Below are positions 33,152-45,912 of a stretch of DNA of 64,000 nucleotides, piece after piece. The stretch's first letter is position 1. Each line of letters opens with the position of its first letter. Below the pieces are notes generated by a model, which was given only the letters and a program-made list of their open reading frames with translations, was not told where the DNA came from and made no database searches. The translations under genes and the position numbers were made by a program. Origin of the DNA: Candidatus Atelocyanobacterium thalassae (GTDB taxonomy: Bacteria > Cyanobacteriota > Cyanobacteriia > Cyanobacteriales > Microcystaceae); the NCBI GenBank assembly GCA_051971635.1, contig JBFPLN010000003.1, positions 64,001 to 128,000 of the forward strand. Direction: 5' to 3'.

Positions 33152-33820
33152 TTATGAATAATCTTTCAAATATTTACTTTTCTGAAATTCTATATCGACT
33201 TGTTCTAATTCTCCTTCATTAATTTTCCAACATTTATCAGCTACTGCTAACAACTCAGAAGGATCATGAGAAACGATTATTAAAGTCCAGTGTTTTTTTA
33301 ATTTAAATACTAAATTAATTAATTGTTTATGCATTGACCAATCTAATCCTGCTGTTGGTTCATCTAGTAACAATAAATTAGGCTGACGAATTAGTTGAAC
33401 TGCTAGAGCTAACCTTCTTTGCTGTCCACCACTAATATTATGTGGAGAAGTACTTAATACAATATTTTGTAATCCTACTTCTTCTAGAGCAATTTCGACT
33501 TCTTCTCTAGTAATTTCTAAATGACCTAATCTTAGTTCTTCTAAAATATTACTGCCGCAAAAATGCCGTTCAGGAAATTGAAAAACTAACCCTGAAAGCT
33601 GTTGTAACTCAGAAGAGGTTATCTCTTGACCACTCCAACAAATTTTTCCTTGAGTCTGTTCTGCTAAGCCTGCAAGAATTTCTAATAGTGTAGTCTTTCC
33701 AGAGCCGCTAGGACCAATAATAACTCCTAGTTGTTGAAATCCTAATTCTAATGTAATAGATTTCAAAATAGGTTCAGCAGAAGCAGGAGGATGATATACG
33801 ATCTCTTTGAGATTAAGCAT
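33152..33820 (-). CDS. ABC transporter ATP-binding protein (EcfA-like)
   Basis: GPSGSGKT, VFQFPE, SGGQQRR and LLLDEPTAGLD motifs; likely start ATG 33820. Confidence 0.88.
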   Translation of the reverse strand: MLNLKEIVYHPPASAEPILKSITLELGFQQLGVIIGPSGSGKTTLLEILAGLAEQTQGKICWSGQEITSSELQQLSGLVFQFPERHFCGSNILEELRLGHLEITREEVEIALEEVGLQNIVLSTSPHNISGGQQRRLALAVQLIRQPNLLLLDEPTAGLDWSMHKQLINLVFKLKKHWTLIIVSHDPSELLAVADKCWKINEGELEQVDIEFQKSKYLKDYS

Positions 33821-33996
33821 TAGTATTATGTTTTGATAGCAATTAGATGTAAAAAACAATGGCATATTTACATATCATAAGATAGTAATTTAGGAGAATT
33901 ATATGTGCCCTTTAACCCTATAGAGAAATGAAACTAGTTTTCAGTATTCTCAACTAATGTTAATATAATTACTTTAAGTTAACTATATTAAATTTA

Positions 33997-34242
33997 ATGT
34001 CTGAAGAAGCCTTTTTTGAAAGTCCAGCTATTAGCCAAGAAGCACGATACGAACCAGCCACCGTTATTCCTATTAAGCGAGATTCCTCTATTATTAATTG
34101 GTTAGAAGCAACAAACCGTCTAATTTATCGTGAGCAAGAAGAAATTAAAACAACTCCAGAAGAAGACGCGGAAATTTCTGACTTAATAGATGTCGATGAA
34201 AGTTACGATGACGAGGATTTAAATTTAAATAGTAATGACTAG
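33997..34242 (+). CDS. Conserved cyanobacterial protein (DUF3134-like)
   Basis: EARYEPATVIP and SIINWLEATNRLI, acidic tail; upstream of mraY. Confidence 0.75.
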   Translation: MSEEAFFESPAISQEARYEPATVIPIKRDSSIINWLEATNRLIYREQEEIKTTPEEDAEISDLIDVDESYDDEDLNLNSND

Positions 34243-34337
34243 TATATAAAAAATAGTGTATAAAGACAGACAAAAAATATTTGTTTTCTCCGCTTGTCAT
34301 AATCTATGTTTAAGCTTAAAAAATTAAATTTTTGGTT

Positions 34338-35444
34338 ATGAATAAAATATTTTCTTTTTCAGTGTTTATAAAAAAAATATCAGAGAATAACTTATTGATA
34401 TTATTTGTTTTGATAAGTATCCTCTTAGCTGGAGGCTTTATCAAACTAGATAGTCAGGATGTAAGTTTTCATTATGTTCTGATATTGCCATTAGGAATTT
34501 CCATTTTTATAAGTAGTATTCTAGGCTATATTTCAATTCCATTATTAAAAAAATTGAAAATAGAACAGGTTATACAAGAAGATGGTGTAAAAAAGCATTT
34601 GAGTAAAGCCGGTACTCCGACAATGGGTGGTATATTCTTTATTCCAGTCGCTGTTTTAGTAACTTTAGTTTGGTCTCATTTCTCTCTTACTACTATTACA
34701 ATATCTTCCATAACTTTAGCTTATATGGCTATTGGATGGATTGATGATTGGTGTATTTTAAGACAAGGGTCAAACTTAGGGCTTTCTCCTCGTACAAAAT
34801 TATTCTTACAAATTATAGTTGCTATTGTTTTTTGTATATGGATAAAATGGAGTCAAATAATAACAATGGATAAAATTATATTACCTGGTAATATAATTTT
34901 AGAAGTAGAGATGTTATTCTGGCTTTTATCTATTTTTGTATTAGTTTCAGAAAGTAATGCCGTTAACCTCACAGATGGAATTGATGGTTTAGCTGGAGGA
35001 ACAAGCGCATTAACTTTTCTAGGATTAGGGATTTTAATTGCAGCTAGTTCACCCGAACTAAGCACTTTTTGTGCCTGTATCTCTGGAAGTTGTCTAGGTT
35101 TTGTAATTCACAATAAAAATCCTGCTAAAGTCTTTATGGGAGATACTGGGTCTTTAGCTTTGGGAGGAGCTCTTGCTGGAGTAGGAATTTTAAGTGGTCG
35201 CTTTTGGGAACTTTTTATTTTTAGTGGAATTTTTTTTACAGAATCTTTATCTGTAATTATTCAAGTTGTTTACTATAAGATAACTAAAGACAGCCAAGGA
35301 AAAGGAAAAAGATTTCTAAGGATGGCACCTTTGCACCATCATTTAGAATTAGTAGGGTGGTCTGAAAATAAGATTGTTAGAATATTTTATTTGATTAATA
35401 CGAGTTTAATCTTCTTAGTTCTAATTTTATACAGATACTTTTAA
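34338..35444 (+). CDS. mraY: Phospho-N-acetylmuramoyl-pentapeptide transferase
   Basis: KAGTPTMGG, NLTDGIDGL, VFMGDTGSL and MAPLHHHLE motifs. Confidence 0.97.
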   Translation: MNKIFSFSVFIKKISENNLLILFVLISILLAGGFIKLDSQDVSFHYVLILPLGISIFISSILGYISIPLLKKLKIEQVIQEDGVKKHLSKAGTPTMGGIFFIPVAVLVTLVWSHFSLTTITISSITLAYMAIGWIDDWCILRQGSNLGLSPRTKLFLQIIVAIVFCIWIKWSQIITMDKIILPGNIILEVEMLFWLLSIFVLVSESNAVNLTDGIDGLAGGTSALTFLGLGILIAASSPELSTFCACISGSCLGFVIHNKNPAKVFMGDTGSLALGGALAGVGILSGRFWELFIFSGIFFTESLSVIIQVVYYKITKDSQGKGKRFLRMAPLHHHLELVGWSENKIVRIFYLINTSLIFLVLILYRYF

Positions 35445-35480
35445 TAATTTTTCCATCCATAACAATACAATCAATTCTTT

Positions 35481-36275
35481 TTATAGATGTTGAGAACATA
35501 TCAATTCAATTTGATTCAAAGAATAGTTTTGACTACCATGATCATAACGCAACCACAGTAGATACTCAGTATTACCTGCAGGACCTTTAACAGGAGAATG
35601 AGTTAATCCACAGTATAACCATCCTAGATGATAGGAGATCTGTAATATTTTATAAATTGCTTCACAGTGATCTTTAAAATTACGAACAACCCCATTTTTT
35701 CCTATTTTAGACCGACCAACTTCAAACTGTGGTTTAACAAGTAAAATAACCTCTTTTGGGCTAATTAAAAGTTTTGATAAGGGTTCTAAAATTTTAGTTA
35801 ATGAAATAAAAGATACGTCTATAACTCCTAGGCTAGCTTGAGTATTTCCCTCGTATAAAACTTTAGGAGTAAGATGGCGAAAATTTGTTCTTTCCTTTAA
35901 AAATATTCTTTCGCTTTGTCTTAATGACCAAGCAACCTGTCCATAGCCTACATCTACTCCGTATACTAGACGAGCTCCTGACTGCAATAAGCAGTCACTA
36001 AAGCCTCCTGTCGAAATACCTCCATCGAGACAAATTCTGTCTACTACGGAAATTTGAAAAATTTTAAGAGCTTTCTCAAGCTTTTTTCCCCCACGCGAAA
36101 CATATGGAGATTTGATCTTGACTTCAATTTTGGCTTTTACATCAATTTCTGTTCCAGGTTTATCAATAATTCTTTGATCAATTTTAACTTCTCCAGCACG
36201 AATACATCTTTGTGCTTGCTGACGAGAAGTACATAAATTTTTCTCTACTAGAAGAATATCAAGTCGTTTTTTCAA
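35481..36275 (-). CDS. tlyA: TlyA family rRNA 2'-O-methyltransferase
   Basis: S4 domain, YVSRGG.KL, DVSFISL, VKPQFE and GPAGNTEY motifs. Confidence 0.95.
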   Translation of the reverse strand: MKKRLDILLVEKNLCTSRQQAQRCIRAGEVKIDQRIIDKPGTEIDVKAKIEVKIKSPYVSRGGKKLEKALKIFQISVVDRICLDGGISTGGFSDCLLQSGARLVYGVDVGYGQVAWSLRQSERIFLKERTNFRHLTPKVLYEGNTQASLGVIDVSFISLTKILEPLSKLLISPKEVILLVKPQFEVGRSKIGKNGVVRNFKDHCEAIYKILQISYHLGWLYCGLTHSPVKGPAGNTEYLLWLRYDHGSQNYSLNQIELICSQHL

Positions 36276-36475
36276 GATATATAACTATAGGCTTAATTAC
36301 TTAATTGTAAAAAATATATATTGTCTAGACAAGTATTAATCTTAAAACTTTTAGTTCTCTTTATATGATTCATATAGGAATCAATAACCTAATGGTTGAA
36401 GTACTTGTTATATGATATAGATCAGGAAAAAATCAAAAATATAATTAACATTCAATCAACTTAATTAATTTCAAT

Positions 36476-37654
36476 ATGAAATTTGTCTGTAGCCAAAGTG
36501 ATTTTAGCAATAATTTATCTTTAGTTAGTCGAGCAGTTCCCATTCGACCTACTCATCCTATTCTGGCAAATGTTCTAATGATTGCAGATGCCACAAAACA
36601 AAAAATTAGTCTAACTGCATTTGACTTAAGCCTGGGTATTGAGACTAGCTTTGATGCGAATATTAGTGAAGAAGGTCGAACAACTCTGCCAGCGAAACTT
36701 CTTAACGATATAGTGTCCCGGCTACCTGAAGGACAGATAAGTCTCACAAGTGAAGAAACAAAAAATGACCAAACAGGTTTATTATATCTTAAGTCAGCAT
36801 CGGGTAAATTTCAGATAAGAACAATAAGTGCAAATGAATTTCCTCCTTTACCAAGCATTGAAAATAACGAATTCATTGAACTACCTGTTCTTACAATAAT
36901 GGAAGGATTAAGGGGTGTACTGTTTGCATCAAGTAGTGATGAACTCAAACAAGTATTGACTGGGGTTCACTTAAAAGGAACTACTGATAGCTTAGAATTC
37001 GCTGCGACAGATGGCCATAGATTATCGGTAGTAGAAGCCATATTATCATCAGAAACAAGTAATTATGAAGAAGAAAAAGCTACCAAAATTAAAAGCTTAG
37101 ATAAATTCTCAGTTACAATTCCTGCGAGAGCTTTGAGAGAACTAGAAAAGATTATTCATAATAATAGTGATTCTAAAGTTATTCGATTACAAATAGATGA
37201 TGTTCAAGTCATATTTTATTTAGGAAAGCAAAAATTGACTATTCGTAAATTAGATGGAGACTATCCAAAATATCATATGTTAATACCAAAACAGTTTAAA
37301 CACATTATAAGTTTGGACAGAAAATTTTTTTTAAATAGTCTTGAAAGAGTAGCTGTCTTGACAAGTCAAAAAAACAACTTAGTAAAATGTGTTTTTAATC
37401 ATGAAGAACAAATGATTCTTTTATCTGTAGAGACTCAAGACTTAGGTAGTGCTGAAGAGTCAATAAAGGCAAAAATAACAGGGAAGAGTGGTGATATAGC
37501 TTTTAATATTAAATATTTAATGGACGGCCTAAAAGCTTTATCTACTAAAGAAATTAAAATGCAACTTAATGAAGGAAATAAACCAGTCATTTTTAATCCT
37601 TTAGGTGGTTTAAAAATGACATATTTAGTAATGCCAGTTCAAATAGTTAAATGA
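36476..37654 (+). CDS. dnaN: DNA polymerase III beta clamp
   Basis: RPTHPILANV, AATDGHRL and YLVMPVQ motifs. Confidence 0.97.
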   Translation: MKFVCSQSDFSNNLSLVSRAVPIRPTHPILANVLMIADATKQKISLTAFDLSLGIETSFDANISEEGRTTLPAKLLNDIVSRLPEGQISLTSEETKNDQTGLLYLKSASGKFQIRTISANEFPPLPSIENNEFIELPVLTIMEGLRGVLFASSSDELKQVLTGVHLKGTTDSLEFAATDGHRLSVVEAILSSETSNYEEEKATKIKSLDKFSVTIPARALRELEKIIHNNSDSKVIRLQIDDVQVIFYLGKQKLTIRKLDGDYPKYHMLIPKQFKHIISLDRKFFLNSLERVAVLTSQKNNLVKCVFNHEEQMILLSVETQDLGSAEESIKAKITGKSGDIAFNIKYLMDGLKALSTKEIKMQLNEGNKPVIFNPLGGLKMTYLVMPVQIVK

Positions 37655-37708
37655 ATATTCACTTTTAGGACACCTTATACTTTTTTTCAACTTTTGTCTT
37701 AATTAAGA

Positions 37709-37744
37709 ATATCTTTTGATAATTTATTAACTATCAAAAGATAT
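37709..37744. terminator. 13-bp inverted repeat between convergent dnaN and menD
   Basis: ATATCTTTTGATA ... TATCAAAAGATAT. Confidence 0.65.
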
Positions 37745-37751
37745 CTTTAAC

Positions 37752-39518
37752 TTAATATATAAGTTTATATAAATTATTTTTTAACCAATCAGTATCTTCT
37801 TTCCGTTTAACTTTTAATTCTAGAACACGTACTCCAGAGTGGGGTAAAGGATTTAATAACTGCTTCAAATATTGCCAATCTTGAATATTAATGTGTTTAA
37901 TATTGTAGGTATTACAAAGCTTTACAAAGTCGATATTTTGAGGAGTAGCAAAGTAGTTTTCAAATAAAGACTTATCTTTAGAAATAGGTAACATCTCAAA
38001 AATACCTCCTCCACTATTATTTATTAAAATAATAGTTAGATGTCCTTTAAATTTTGTATTGATAAGAAATCCATTCGTATCGTGTAATAGAGCTAAGTCT
38101 CCAGTGACTAAAATATTATTGCTACTATTTTGAGCCATACCCAAGGCACTAGATAAAGTGCCATCTATCCCATTGGCACCCCGGTTAAAATATGGTATCA
38201 GTTTTTTATTATTGGGTAACCAAAAAAATTCTGCATAGCGTACCGACATACTGTTAGCAATAAAAACTTTAGTTTGATAAGGTAGTGTCTTAGAAAGAAC
38301 GAAAGGTAATTTTGCTTGCAATATTGAATCTATTCCAGTAAAAACTGACTCAATATTTTTGTTAATACTATCATTTACTGTCTTCCATTTTGTTAAGTAA
38401 TCTAAATGCAATTCTTTAGATACAGTATTTTTTATATTTCTTAGATCTAAATTCTCGACAGACGAACATATCGAGAAACTATGGTTATGAAGTGGATCAA
38501 AATTATCTGAAGAGCTATCAATTAACCAATATTGAACTTGAATTTTTTCTAACCATTCTCGTAATCTCTTACTAGTAGGTAATTGTCCAAACTGAATAAC
38601 TATATCTGGCTTAAGGGATTGCTGTAACTCTTGACTGTATAGGATAGTATCATAAGTATTTATTAAATTAGGAGCTTTACTAGCAAAATTTCTTAGCGGA
38701 GATAAAGCTTCTACTAAAATTGGATAGTTTAAAAATTTAGAAATAAGAGCAATGTTTTCACAATAAAGAGATGGATTAGTAGAATTATTTACTCCCGCAA
38801 TAATAATTCCTTTTTCTATAGCTTTCCATTCATTTAAGTAGTTAGATATATCAAATTTAAAATAATGTCTTGAATATATATTGGTATGTTTATCAATATC
38901 GAGAAAAAAGTTTTTAAAATCTGTCTCAGAAGAATATGTTTTATGTTTAGCTTCTAGTTGAGTTAATGGTGTTAGAGGTTCGCGAAAAGGACAATTTAAA
39001 TGAACAACGCCTCTATTCGGTAAAAAGGATTTGTTCCAAGCAGAAATTATAGTTTGTCTTAAATAGTTTAGTAATTTCATTTCTATAGAAGGCAAAGATA
39101 ATTCAGTATACCAATTACAATAACTACCATATAATTTTACTTGGTCAATCGATTGTCCAGCATGACAATCTCTTAATTCCGGAGGACGATCTGCAGTCAA
39201 AATTAATAGTGCAGTTCTACTTTCCTTTGCTTCTATGACTGCCGGGTAAAAATTTGCTCCTGCCGTTCCCGAAGTACAAATTAAAACTACAGGTAGACAG
39301 GAACGTTTTGCTATACCTAGTGCAAAAAAAGATGCTGATCTCTCATCTAAGATTGGTATAGTTTCTATATTAGGATGATTCGCAAACGCTATAGTAAGAG
39401 GTGTTGAACGAGAACCAGGACAAATAATAGCCGTTTTTAAACCTAAATTAAATAAAGTTTCTGCAACAATAGAAGACCATAAGGTATTAGTATTACGAAA
39501 ATCAAGGTTGTTTATCAA
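37752..39518 (-). CDS. menD: SEPHCHC synthase MenD (phylloquinone/menaquinone pathway)
   Basis: CPGSRSTPL, DERSA.FFALG, CTSGTA, NRGANGIDG and NNSGGGIF motifs. TTG 39518 matches the usual DFRNTNTLW N-terminus better than GTG 39638. Confidence 0.95.
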   Translation of the reverse strand: MINNLDFRNTNTLWSSIVAETLFNLGLKTAIICPGSRSTPLTIAFANHPNIETIPILDERSASFFALGIAKRSCLPVVLICTSGTAGANFYPAVIEAKESRTALLILTADRPPELRDCHAGQSIDQVKLYGSYCNWYTELSLPSIEMKLLNYLRQTIISAWNKSFLPNRGVVHLNCPFREPLTPLTQLEAKHKTYSSETDFKNFFLDIDKHTNIYSRHYFKFDISNYLNEWKAIEKGIIIAGVNNSTNPSLYCENIALISKFLNYPILVEALSPLRNFASKAPNLINTYDTILYSQELQQSLKPDIVIQFGQLPTSKRLREWLEKIQVQYWLIDSSSDNFDPLHNHSFSICSSVENLDLRNIKNTVSKELHLDYLTKWKTVNDSINKNIESVFTGIDSILQAKLPFVLSKTLPYQTKVFIANSMSVRYAEFFWLPNNKKLIPYFNRGANGIDGTLSSALGMAQNSSNNILVTGDLALLHDTNGFLINTKFKGHLTIILINNSGGGIFEMLPISKDKSLFENYFATPQNIDFVKLCNTYNIKHINIQDWQYLKQLLNPLPHSGVRVLELKVKRKEDTDWLKNNLYKLIY

Positions 39519-39912
39519 TTTATTGCATCTAAAATTCACTATAGTTTTCCTAACTAATAATGTTAGGCCAAAAACTGTATTAGTTAGGAGGATTTTAGCT
39601 GTTAATTTCAAAGTTTTTGTTCTATATAACAAACTCACTTCTTAGGTATTTAACAGCTATAAAAATGAAAGCTCTTAAGCTAAAGATATAAGTCATATAT
39701 TTAACTCACTTACCACATGAAGAAAATCTTAGCTTATTTCAGTTTTTAAAGAATAAGTTCGGAGATTTTTTCTGTAGAATGAACTTAAATTTATTCTAAA
39801 AGTATTTTAAATTGTTATTGTAAAAATAATGTATGACATAACTTTAAAAACTTCATTTTAAAGTGAAAAACAGTACAAGTAATTGACTATTAATAACTTA
39901 TTAAAATAAAAA

Positions 39913-39939
39913 AGGCGTTTAGAATTATTCTAAATGCCT
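39913..39939 (-). terminator. Terminator of the atp operon
   Basis: AGGCGTTTAGAA/TTCTAAATGCCT stem followed by a T-run on the minus strand. Confidence 0.7.
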
Positions 39940-39972
39940 CATATCTTGAATATTACAGATTCCAAATATAAT

Positions 39973-40917
39973 CTATAATGCATTTGCTCCAGCAACTACT
40001 TCCATTAACTGCTGAGTAATCGCTGCTTGACGAGCTTTATTGTATGACATTGTTAGAGATTTAGCTAGTTGGGTAGCATTCTCACTAGCATTGCTCATAG
40101 CAGTCATTCTAGCTGCTAATTCGCTTGCAGCTGATTCTTGTAACGCTCTAAGCAACTGATTATTAATATATAGAGGCAATAAAGCATCTAAAATTTGAAC
40201 TGGATCTTGCTCAAAAATCATATCTTGAGATAGGTTCTGAACAGGTTGTTCTATAGTTTCTCGCTCAACTTGGAAATCACCCTCACGAGTTATTAAACGA
40301 AAAATTTCGTCATCTTCAGCTTCTAATCCTTGTAAATCTAAAGGAGCTAGAGTTTGTACAACTGGACTAGAATTAATTAGAGAAACAAAACGAGTGTAAA
40401 CTAATTCAACTCGGTCTACAGTCTCTGACAAAAATAAAGATACTAGTTCTTCAGAAATAGGTGTCGCATCATTACTCGTTGGAATTTGCTCCAAACCTAT
40501 ATATTTTGCTTTTATAGATACCTGTCTTTTTGAAAAGTATTGAGTAGGCTTACGTCCAACAGTTATCAGGCAAGAATTAATTCCCTGATCCTGTAATTCT
40601 TTAATACGCTTTTCTGCTCGGCGAATAACATAACTGTTATAGCCTCCACACAATCCACGGTCCCCTGCAATCACCACAACCGCTACAGTTTTTACTGTTC
40701 TCTGTCTCAATAGAGATATATCAACATCTCCACATTTTAAGCGATTTAGTAGATTGTAAAGAACATTAGCTAAAATATTAGCGAAGGGCCGAGTAGAAAC
40801 AACTCTTTCTTGAGCGCGGCGAACTTTAGCCGCTGCTACCAAGCGCATAGCTTCAGTAATTTTTTTGGTATTCTTGACCGATTCAATACGATCTCGGATA
40901 GCTTTAAGATTGGCCAT
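39973..40917 (-). CDS. atpC: ATP synthase gamma subunit (atpG in E. coli nomenclature)
   Basis: [23 protein letters not shown] and [10 protein letters not shown] motifs. Confidence 0.99.
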   Translation of the reverse strand: MANLKAIRDRIESVKNTKKITEAMRLVAAAKVRRAQERVVSTRPFANILANVLYNLLNRLKCGDVDISLLRQRTVKTVAVVVIAGDRGLCGGYNSYVIRRAEKRIKELQDQGINSCLITVGRKPTQYFSKRQVSIKAKYIGLEQIPTSNDATPISEELVSLFLSETVDRVELVYTRFVSLINSSPVVQTLAPLDLQGLEAEDDEIFRLITREGDFQVERETIEQPVQNLSQDMIFEQDPVQILDALLPLYINNQLLRALQESAASELAARMTAMSNASENATQLAKSLTMSYNKARQAAITQQLMEVVAGANAL

Positions 40918-40979
40918 AATATTTAGTAATTATTTATCGGACTCTCGTTATATTGAATCTGGAGCTAATTTTTTAGTTT

Positions 40980-41016
40980 TTAAGTAAGGGTAAACTTAAT
41001 GTTTACCCTTACTTAA
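40980..41016 (-). terminator. 16-bp hairpin immediately after the atpA stop (intra-operon)
   Basis: TTAAGTAAGGGTAAAC-TTAAT-GTTTACCCTTACTTAA. Confidence 0.75.
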
Positions 41017-42555
<1,539 letters not shown>

Positions 42556-42571
42556 CTACAATGAGAGAAAA

Positions 42572-43129
42572 TTATAAGGTTCCGCTAAGACTTACACTTA
42601 TACGTCGTAACTGACCTCGAAGACTAGCATCAAATACTTGGGAGCCAATTTTGATAATGAACCCTCCAATCAAATCAGGATCCTTACCTATCTCCATTTC
42701 TACTGATTCAGCCCCAGTCAAACCTTTAATTTTATCGCTAATAGCAGAACGCTGTTCCTCGCTTATTTCAGTCGTAACAGTCACTTCAGCGAGAACAGTG
42801 TTGGTTAATTTTCTTGCCAAAGCTATGTATCTTTGGCAGGTAAATTGAAGCAAAGCAATTCTTCGCTTTTCTATTAGGAGCATTACAAAATTACGGAAAT
42901 ACTGATGAGTATTCTTCCCAAGTATCTTGTTTAATACAGATTTTTTATCCTCATCTTGAATAACAGGAGAACTAATAAAAGCTCTTAACTCTGAGGAATC
43001 TTCAAGAATCTGCAAGACAGTTCTACAGTCTTGTTCAACTAATCTTGTGATTTTATGGGATTCGGCAATAGACATCATAGCTTGAGCATAGGGCTCTGCA
43101 ATTTCTGCATTAACTAGTGATCCTTTCAC
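42572..43129 (-). CDS. atpD: ATP synthase delta subunit (atpH in E. coli nomenclature)
   Basis: AEPYAQA and DPDLIGG...DASLRGQL motifs; operon position. Confidence 0.97.
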   Translation of the reverse strand: MKGSLVNAEIAEPYAQAMMSIAESHKITRLVEQDCRTVLQILEDSSELRAFISSPVIQDEDKKSVLNKILGKNTHQYFRNFVMLLIEKRRIALLQFTCQRYIALARKLTNTVLAEVTVTTEISEEQRSAISDKIKGLTGAESVEMEIGKDPDLIGGFIIKIGSQVFDASLRGQLRRISVSLSGTL

Positions 43130-43665
43130 TACGAACCTCCTAACCGATCGATGTTACGCTTAATAAGCATTTGTTGAGCATTATTATCAACTTTGGTTTT
43201 CAATTGCTCTTCTGCCTTAACAACAGCTTGTTCTGCGATTTGTTTCTTTAGCTGTGCGATTACTCTTTCTTGCTCAGATGAAAGATCTGCAGCAGCAGTT
43301 TCTTTAAGACGGATAATGTCTTGTTCATTCTGAGCTAAAATTTCAGCTTTAATAGCTACAGCCCTTTCTTGAGCAGCCTTATAAATTTTTTCTGCTTCAA
43401 TTTGGGCTTGAGCTAATTTTTTCTCTTCTTGAGCTAGAGAAGTAATTGCTTGCTGTTGTTTTTTTTCAGCCTCTTGAATGGACAAAGCTATTGATTGGTG
43501 CCTTTCGCTGAGGGTATCTCCTATAACTTTACGTCCGTAAAATACTAGAATACCAACAAGAATGGCTAAATTGAAAATGTTACTTTCCAAAAAATCGAAA
43601 TGGAACCCAATTAAGGGTCCATTCTCAGCGTGACTTTCAGCGACTAATAATAAGGAATCGATCAT
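43129..43665 (-). CDS. atpF: ATP synthase subunit b
   Basis: FLESNIFNLAIL TM followed by coiled coil. Confidence 0.96.
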   Translation of the reverse strand: MIDSLLLVAESHAENGPLIGFHFDFLESNIFNLAILVGILVFYGRKVIGDTLSERHQSIALSIQEAEKKQQQAITSLAQEEKKLAQAQIEAEKIYKAAQERAVAIKAEILAQNEQDIIRLKETAAADLSSEQERVIAQLKKQIAEQAVVKAEEQLKTKVDNNAQQMLIKRNIDRLGGS

Positions 43666-43694
43666 ACCAGTTGATCACCCAAAGGACGGCGTCG

Positions 43695-44126
43695 TTACTT
43701 GATTAACTCTGGACCTAAAAGCTTTTCTAGAATTTGATGACTTAAGATATCAACTTGTTTTTCTAGAACTTTTAGAGCATCTTGGCGCTGTTGTGCAATC
43801 TCTTTAGCAACAGCTTCTTTCTTAGCTTGGGCTTCTTGTTGAGCAATAACAATTGCTTCATTAGCAATTTTTTTAGCCTTTGATTGAGCTGAAATAACAA
43901 TCTCTTGAGATTGTTTTCTTGTCTCTGATAATTGTTGTTCATACTGAGCAGCTAGCTCTCTAGCTTTCTCTAAATGCTCTTTTCCACCTATTTCTTGCTG
44001 ACGAATATAATCAGCTCGTTTGTCTAGTACCTCATTAAGAGGTTTGTAAAAAATCGCATTTAGAACAACTGCTAATAGGATGAATTGCAATGCCATAACG
44101 GGCAAAGTTGCGTCAAAATCAAACAT
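43695..44126 (-). CDS. atpG: ATP synthase subunit b'
   Basis: [16 protein letters not shown]-terminus. Confidence 0.97.
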   Translation of the reverse strand: MFDFDATLPVMALQFILLAVVLNAIFYKPLNEVLDKRADYIRQQEIGGKEHLEKARELAAQYEQQLSETRKQSQEIVISAQSKAKKIANEAIVIAQQEAQAKKEAVAKEIAQQRQDALKVLEKQVDILSHQILEKLLGPELIK

Positions 44127-44160
44127 AACTTACTCAACTAGATCTTTTATTTTATGATTG

Positions 44161-44184
44161 AGAGGCAGCCGTACGGCTGCCTCT
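44161..44184. repeat. Perfect 24-bp GC-rich palindrome after the subunit c gene
   Basis: AGAGGCAGCCGTACGGCTGCCTCT equals its own reverse complement. Confidence 0.85.
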
Positions 44185-44200
44185 ATTAATCGACTAAATC

Positions 44201-44458
<258 letters not shown>

Positions 44459-44701
44459 TCAATTTTATTGATAAAACAAATTAGAAGCTAATTGTCAACT
44501 TAGATAGTTTAGGAGCATAAGTTTTAAAGCAAGACTAAAAATATTTAATTCTGTCTCTATGAACTCCCAATCAGTAAGGACCTGAGTTAATAATGGAAAC
44601 TTTATATCCATCTCCTCTGTCTATTGTCTTACGTTTTGGTCATTTTTGCTTAACAGATATTTTCCTTTTTAATAGTCTGCTTAATTAAGACCTTACTCTT
44701 A

Positions 44702-45454
44702 TTAGTGTTCTTCTTCCTCTTCCGATTCAATTGCTTCATGAATATAAGCTCCTGCCAGAGTAGCGAATACTAAAGCTTGGATCGCACTAGTGAAAAGTCC
44801 TAGTGCCATTAGCGGTAATGGCACTAAGAGAGGAACAAGAAATACAAGTACTCCTACTACCAATTCATCAGCGAGAATATTACCAAATAGACGGAAGCTC
44901 AACGAAAGAGGTTTGGTAAAGTCTTCTAAAATTTTGATAGGTAGTAGAATAGGAATAGGCTGAATATAGTTAGCAAAGTAACCTAGTCCTTTCTTACTAA
45001 AACCTGCGTAAAAGTAAGCTAAGGAAGTTAAAAGTGCTAATGCAACAGTTGTGTTAATGTCATTAGTAGGCGCAGCTAATTCACCCTCTGGAATCTCTAT
45101 AAGTTTCCATGGGATTAAAGCCCCTGACCAATTAGAGACAAAAATAAACAAAAACAGTGTCCCAATAAATGGTAACCATTGTCGATAGTGCTTTTCTCCG
45201 AGCTGATTTTTAGCCAGATCTCGTAGAAATTCTAAAACATACTCCATAAAATTTTGCATCCCACTGGGAACTCGTTGAATATTACGAGTTGCAGATAAAG
45301 ATGCAATAACCAATAGGGCAATGACAAACCAAGAAGCGAGGAATACTTGTCCATGTAGTCTTAGATTGCCAATTTCCCAGTACCAATGCTTGCCAACTTC
45401 TAAGGCAGCAAAGAATAAGGTGTTTGAAATGTATAAACCATGTAACATTGTCAT
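44702..45454 (-). CDS. atpI: ATP synthase subunit a (atpB in E. coli nomenclature)
   Basis: [16 protein letters not shown] and [14 protein letters not shown] motifs; start probably 45454 or 45448. Confidence 0.98.
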   Translation of the reverse strand: MTMLHGLYISNTLFFAALEVGKHWYWEIGNLRLHGQVFLASWFVIALLVIASLSATRNIQRVPSGMQNFMEYVLEFLRDLAKNQLGEKHYRQWLPFIGTLFLFIFVSNWSGALIPWKLIEIPEGELAAPTNDINTTVALALLTSLAYFYAGFSKKGLGYFANYIQPIPILLPIKILEDFTKPLSLSFRLFGNILADELVVGVLVFLVPLLVPLPLMALGLFTSAIQALVFATLAGAYIHEAIESEEEEEH

Positions 45455-45492
45455 TGGGTACAATTTACCAAATCTGGTCACTGAATGGAATC

Positions 45493-45912
45493 TCAATCGC
45501 TTTTTTGCGCTGAAACCATTACATTTTGTATGGTATAAGCGATTATAGCGACTTTATAAGTCAAAAATCCCAAGAAGACTGGGACAATGTAAAGTGTTTG
45601 CCATTGACTAGCCACGATGATCGTAGCTGCAAATAGAATTAATCCTTTGTTACCTAATTTCTGCTGTGAAGTTCCAACGTTCTCTACCTCTCTCCCTAAC
45701 ATTCTCAAGTAAATAATTCCCACGAAAGCTCCTAATAGGTAATTAAGAGCTAAATGTAAGGAGTAGAATATCCAGACACATATAAAAGTGATTCCAGTGA
45801 ATACTATGCTTAACAGCATAAGCGTACGTTGCAACTGATAGTAATCCTGCATAGAATCAGCCTGAATTGTTTCTGTATTAGAAGTTTGAAAGATAAAGCT
45901 AGTTAATCGCAT
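45493..45912 (-). CDS. atp1: ATP synthase protein I (Atp1/UncI-like)
   Basis: [17 protein letters not shown] and FLGFLTYK motifs; first gene of the operon. Confidence 0.92.
   Translation of the reverse strand: MRLTSFIFQTSNTETIQADSMQDYYQLQRTLMLLSIVFTGITFICVWIFYSLHLALNYLLGAFVGIIYLRMLGREVENVGTSQQKLGNKGLILFAATIIVASQWQTLYIVPVFLGFLTYKVAIIAYTIQNVMVSAQKSD

Noticed and set aside
36276..36475. Possible oriC upstream of dnaN
   Set aside because: No adjacent dnaA and no DnaA-box cluster seen; only a short TTGTCTAGACAA palindrome.
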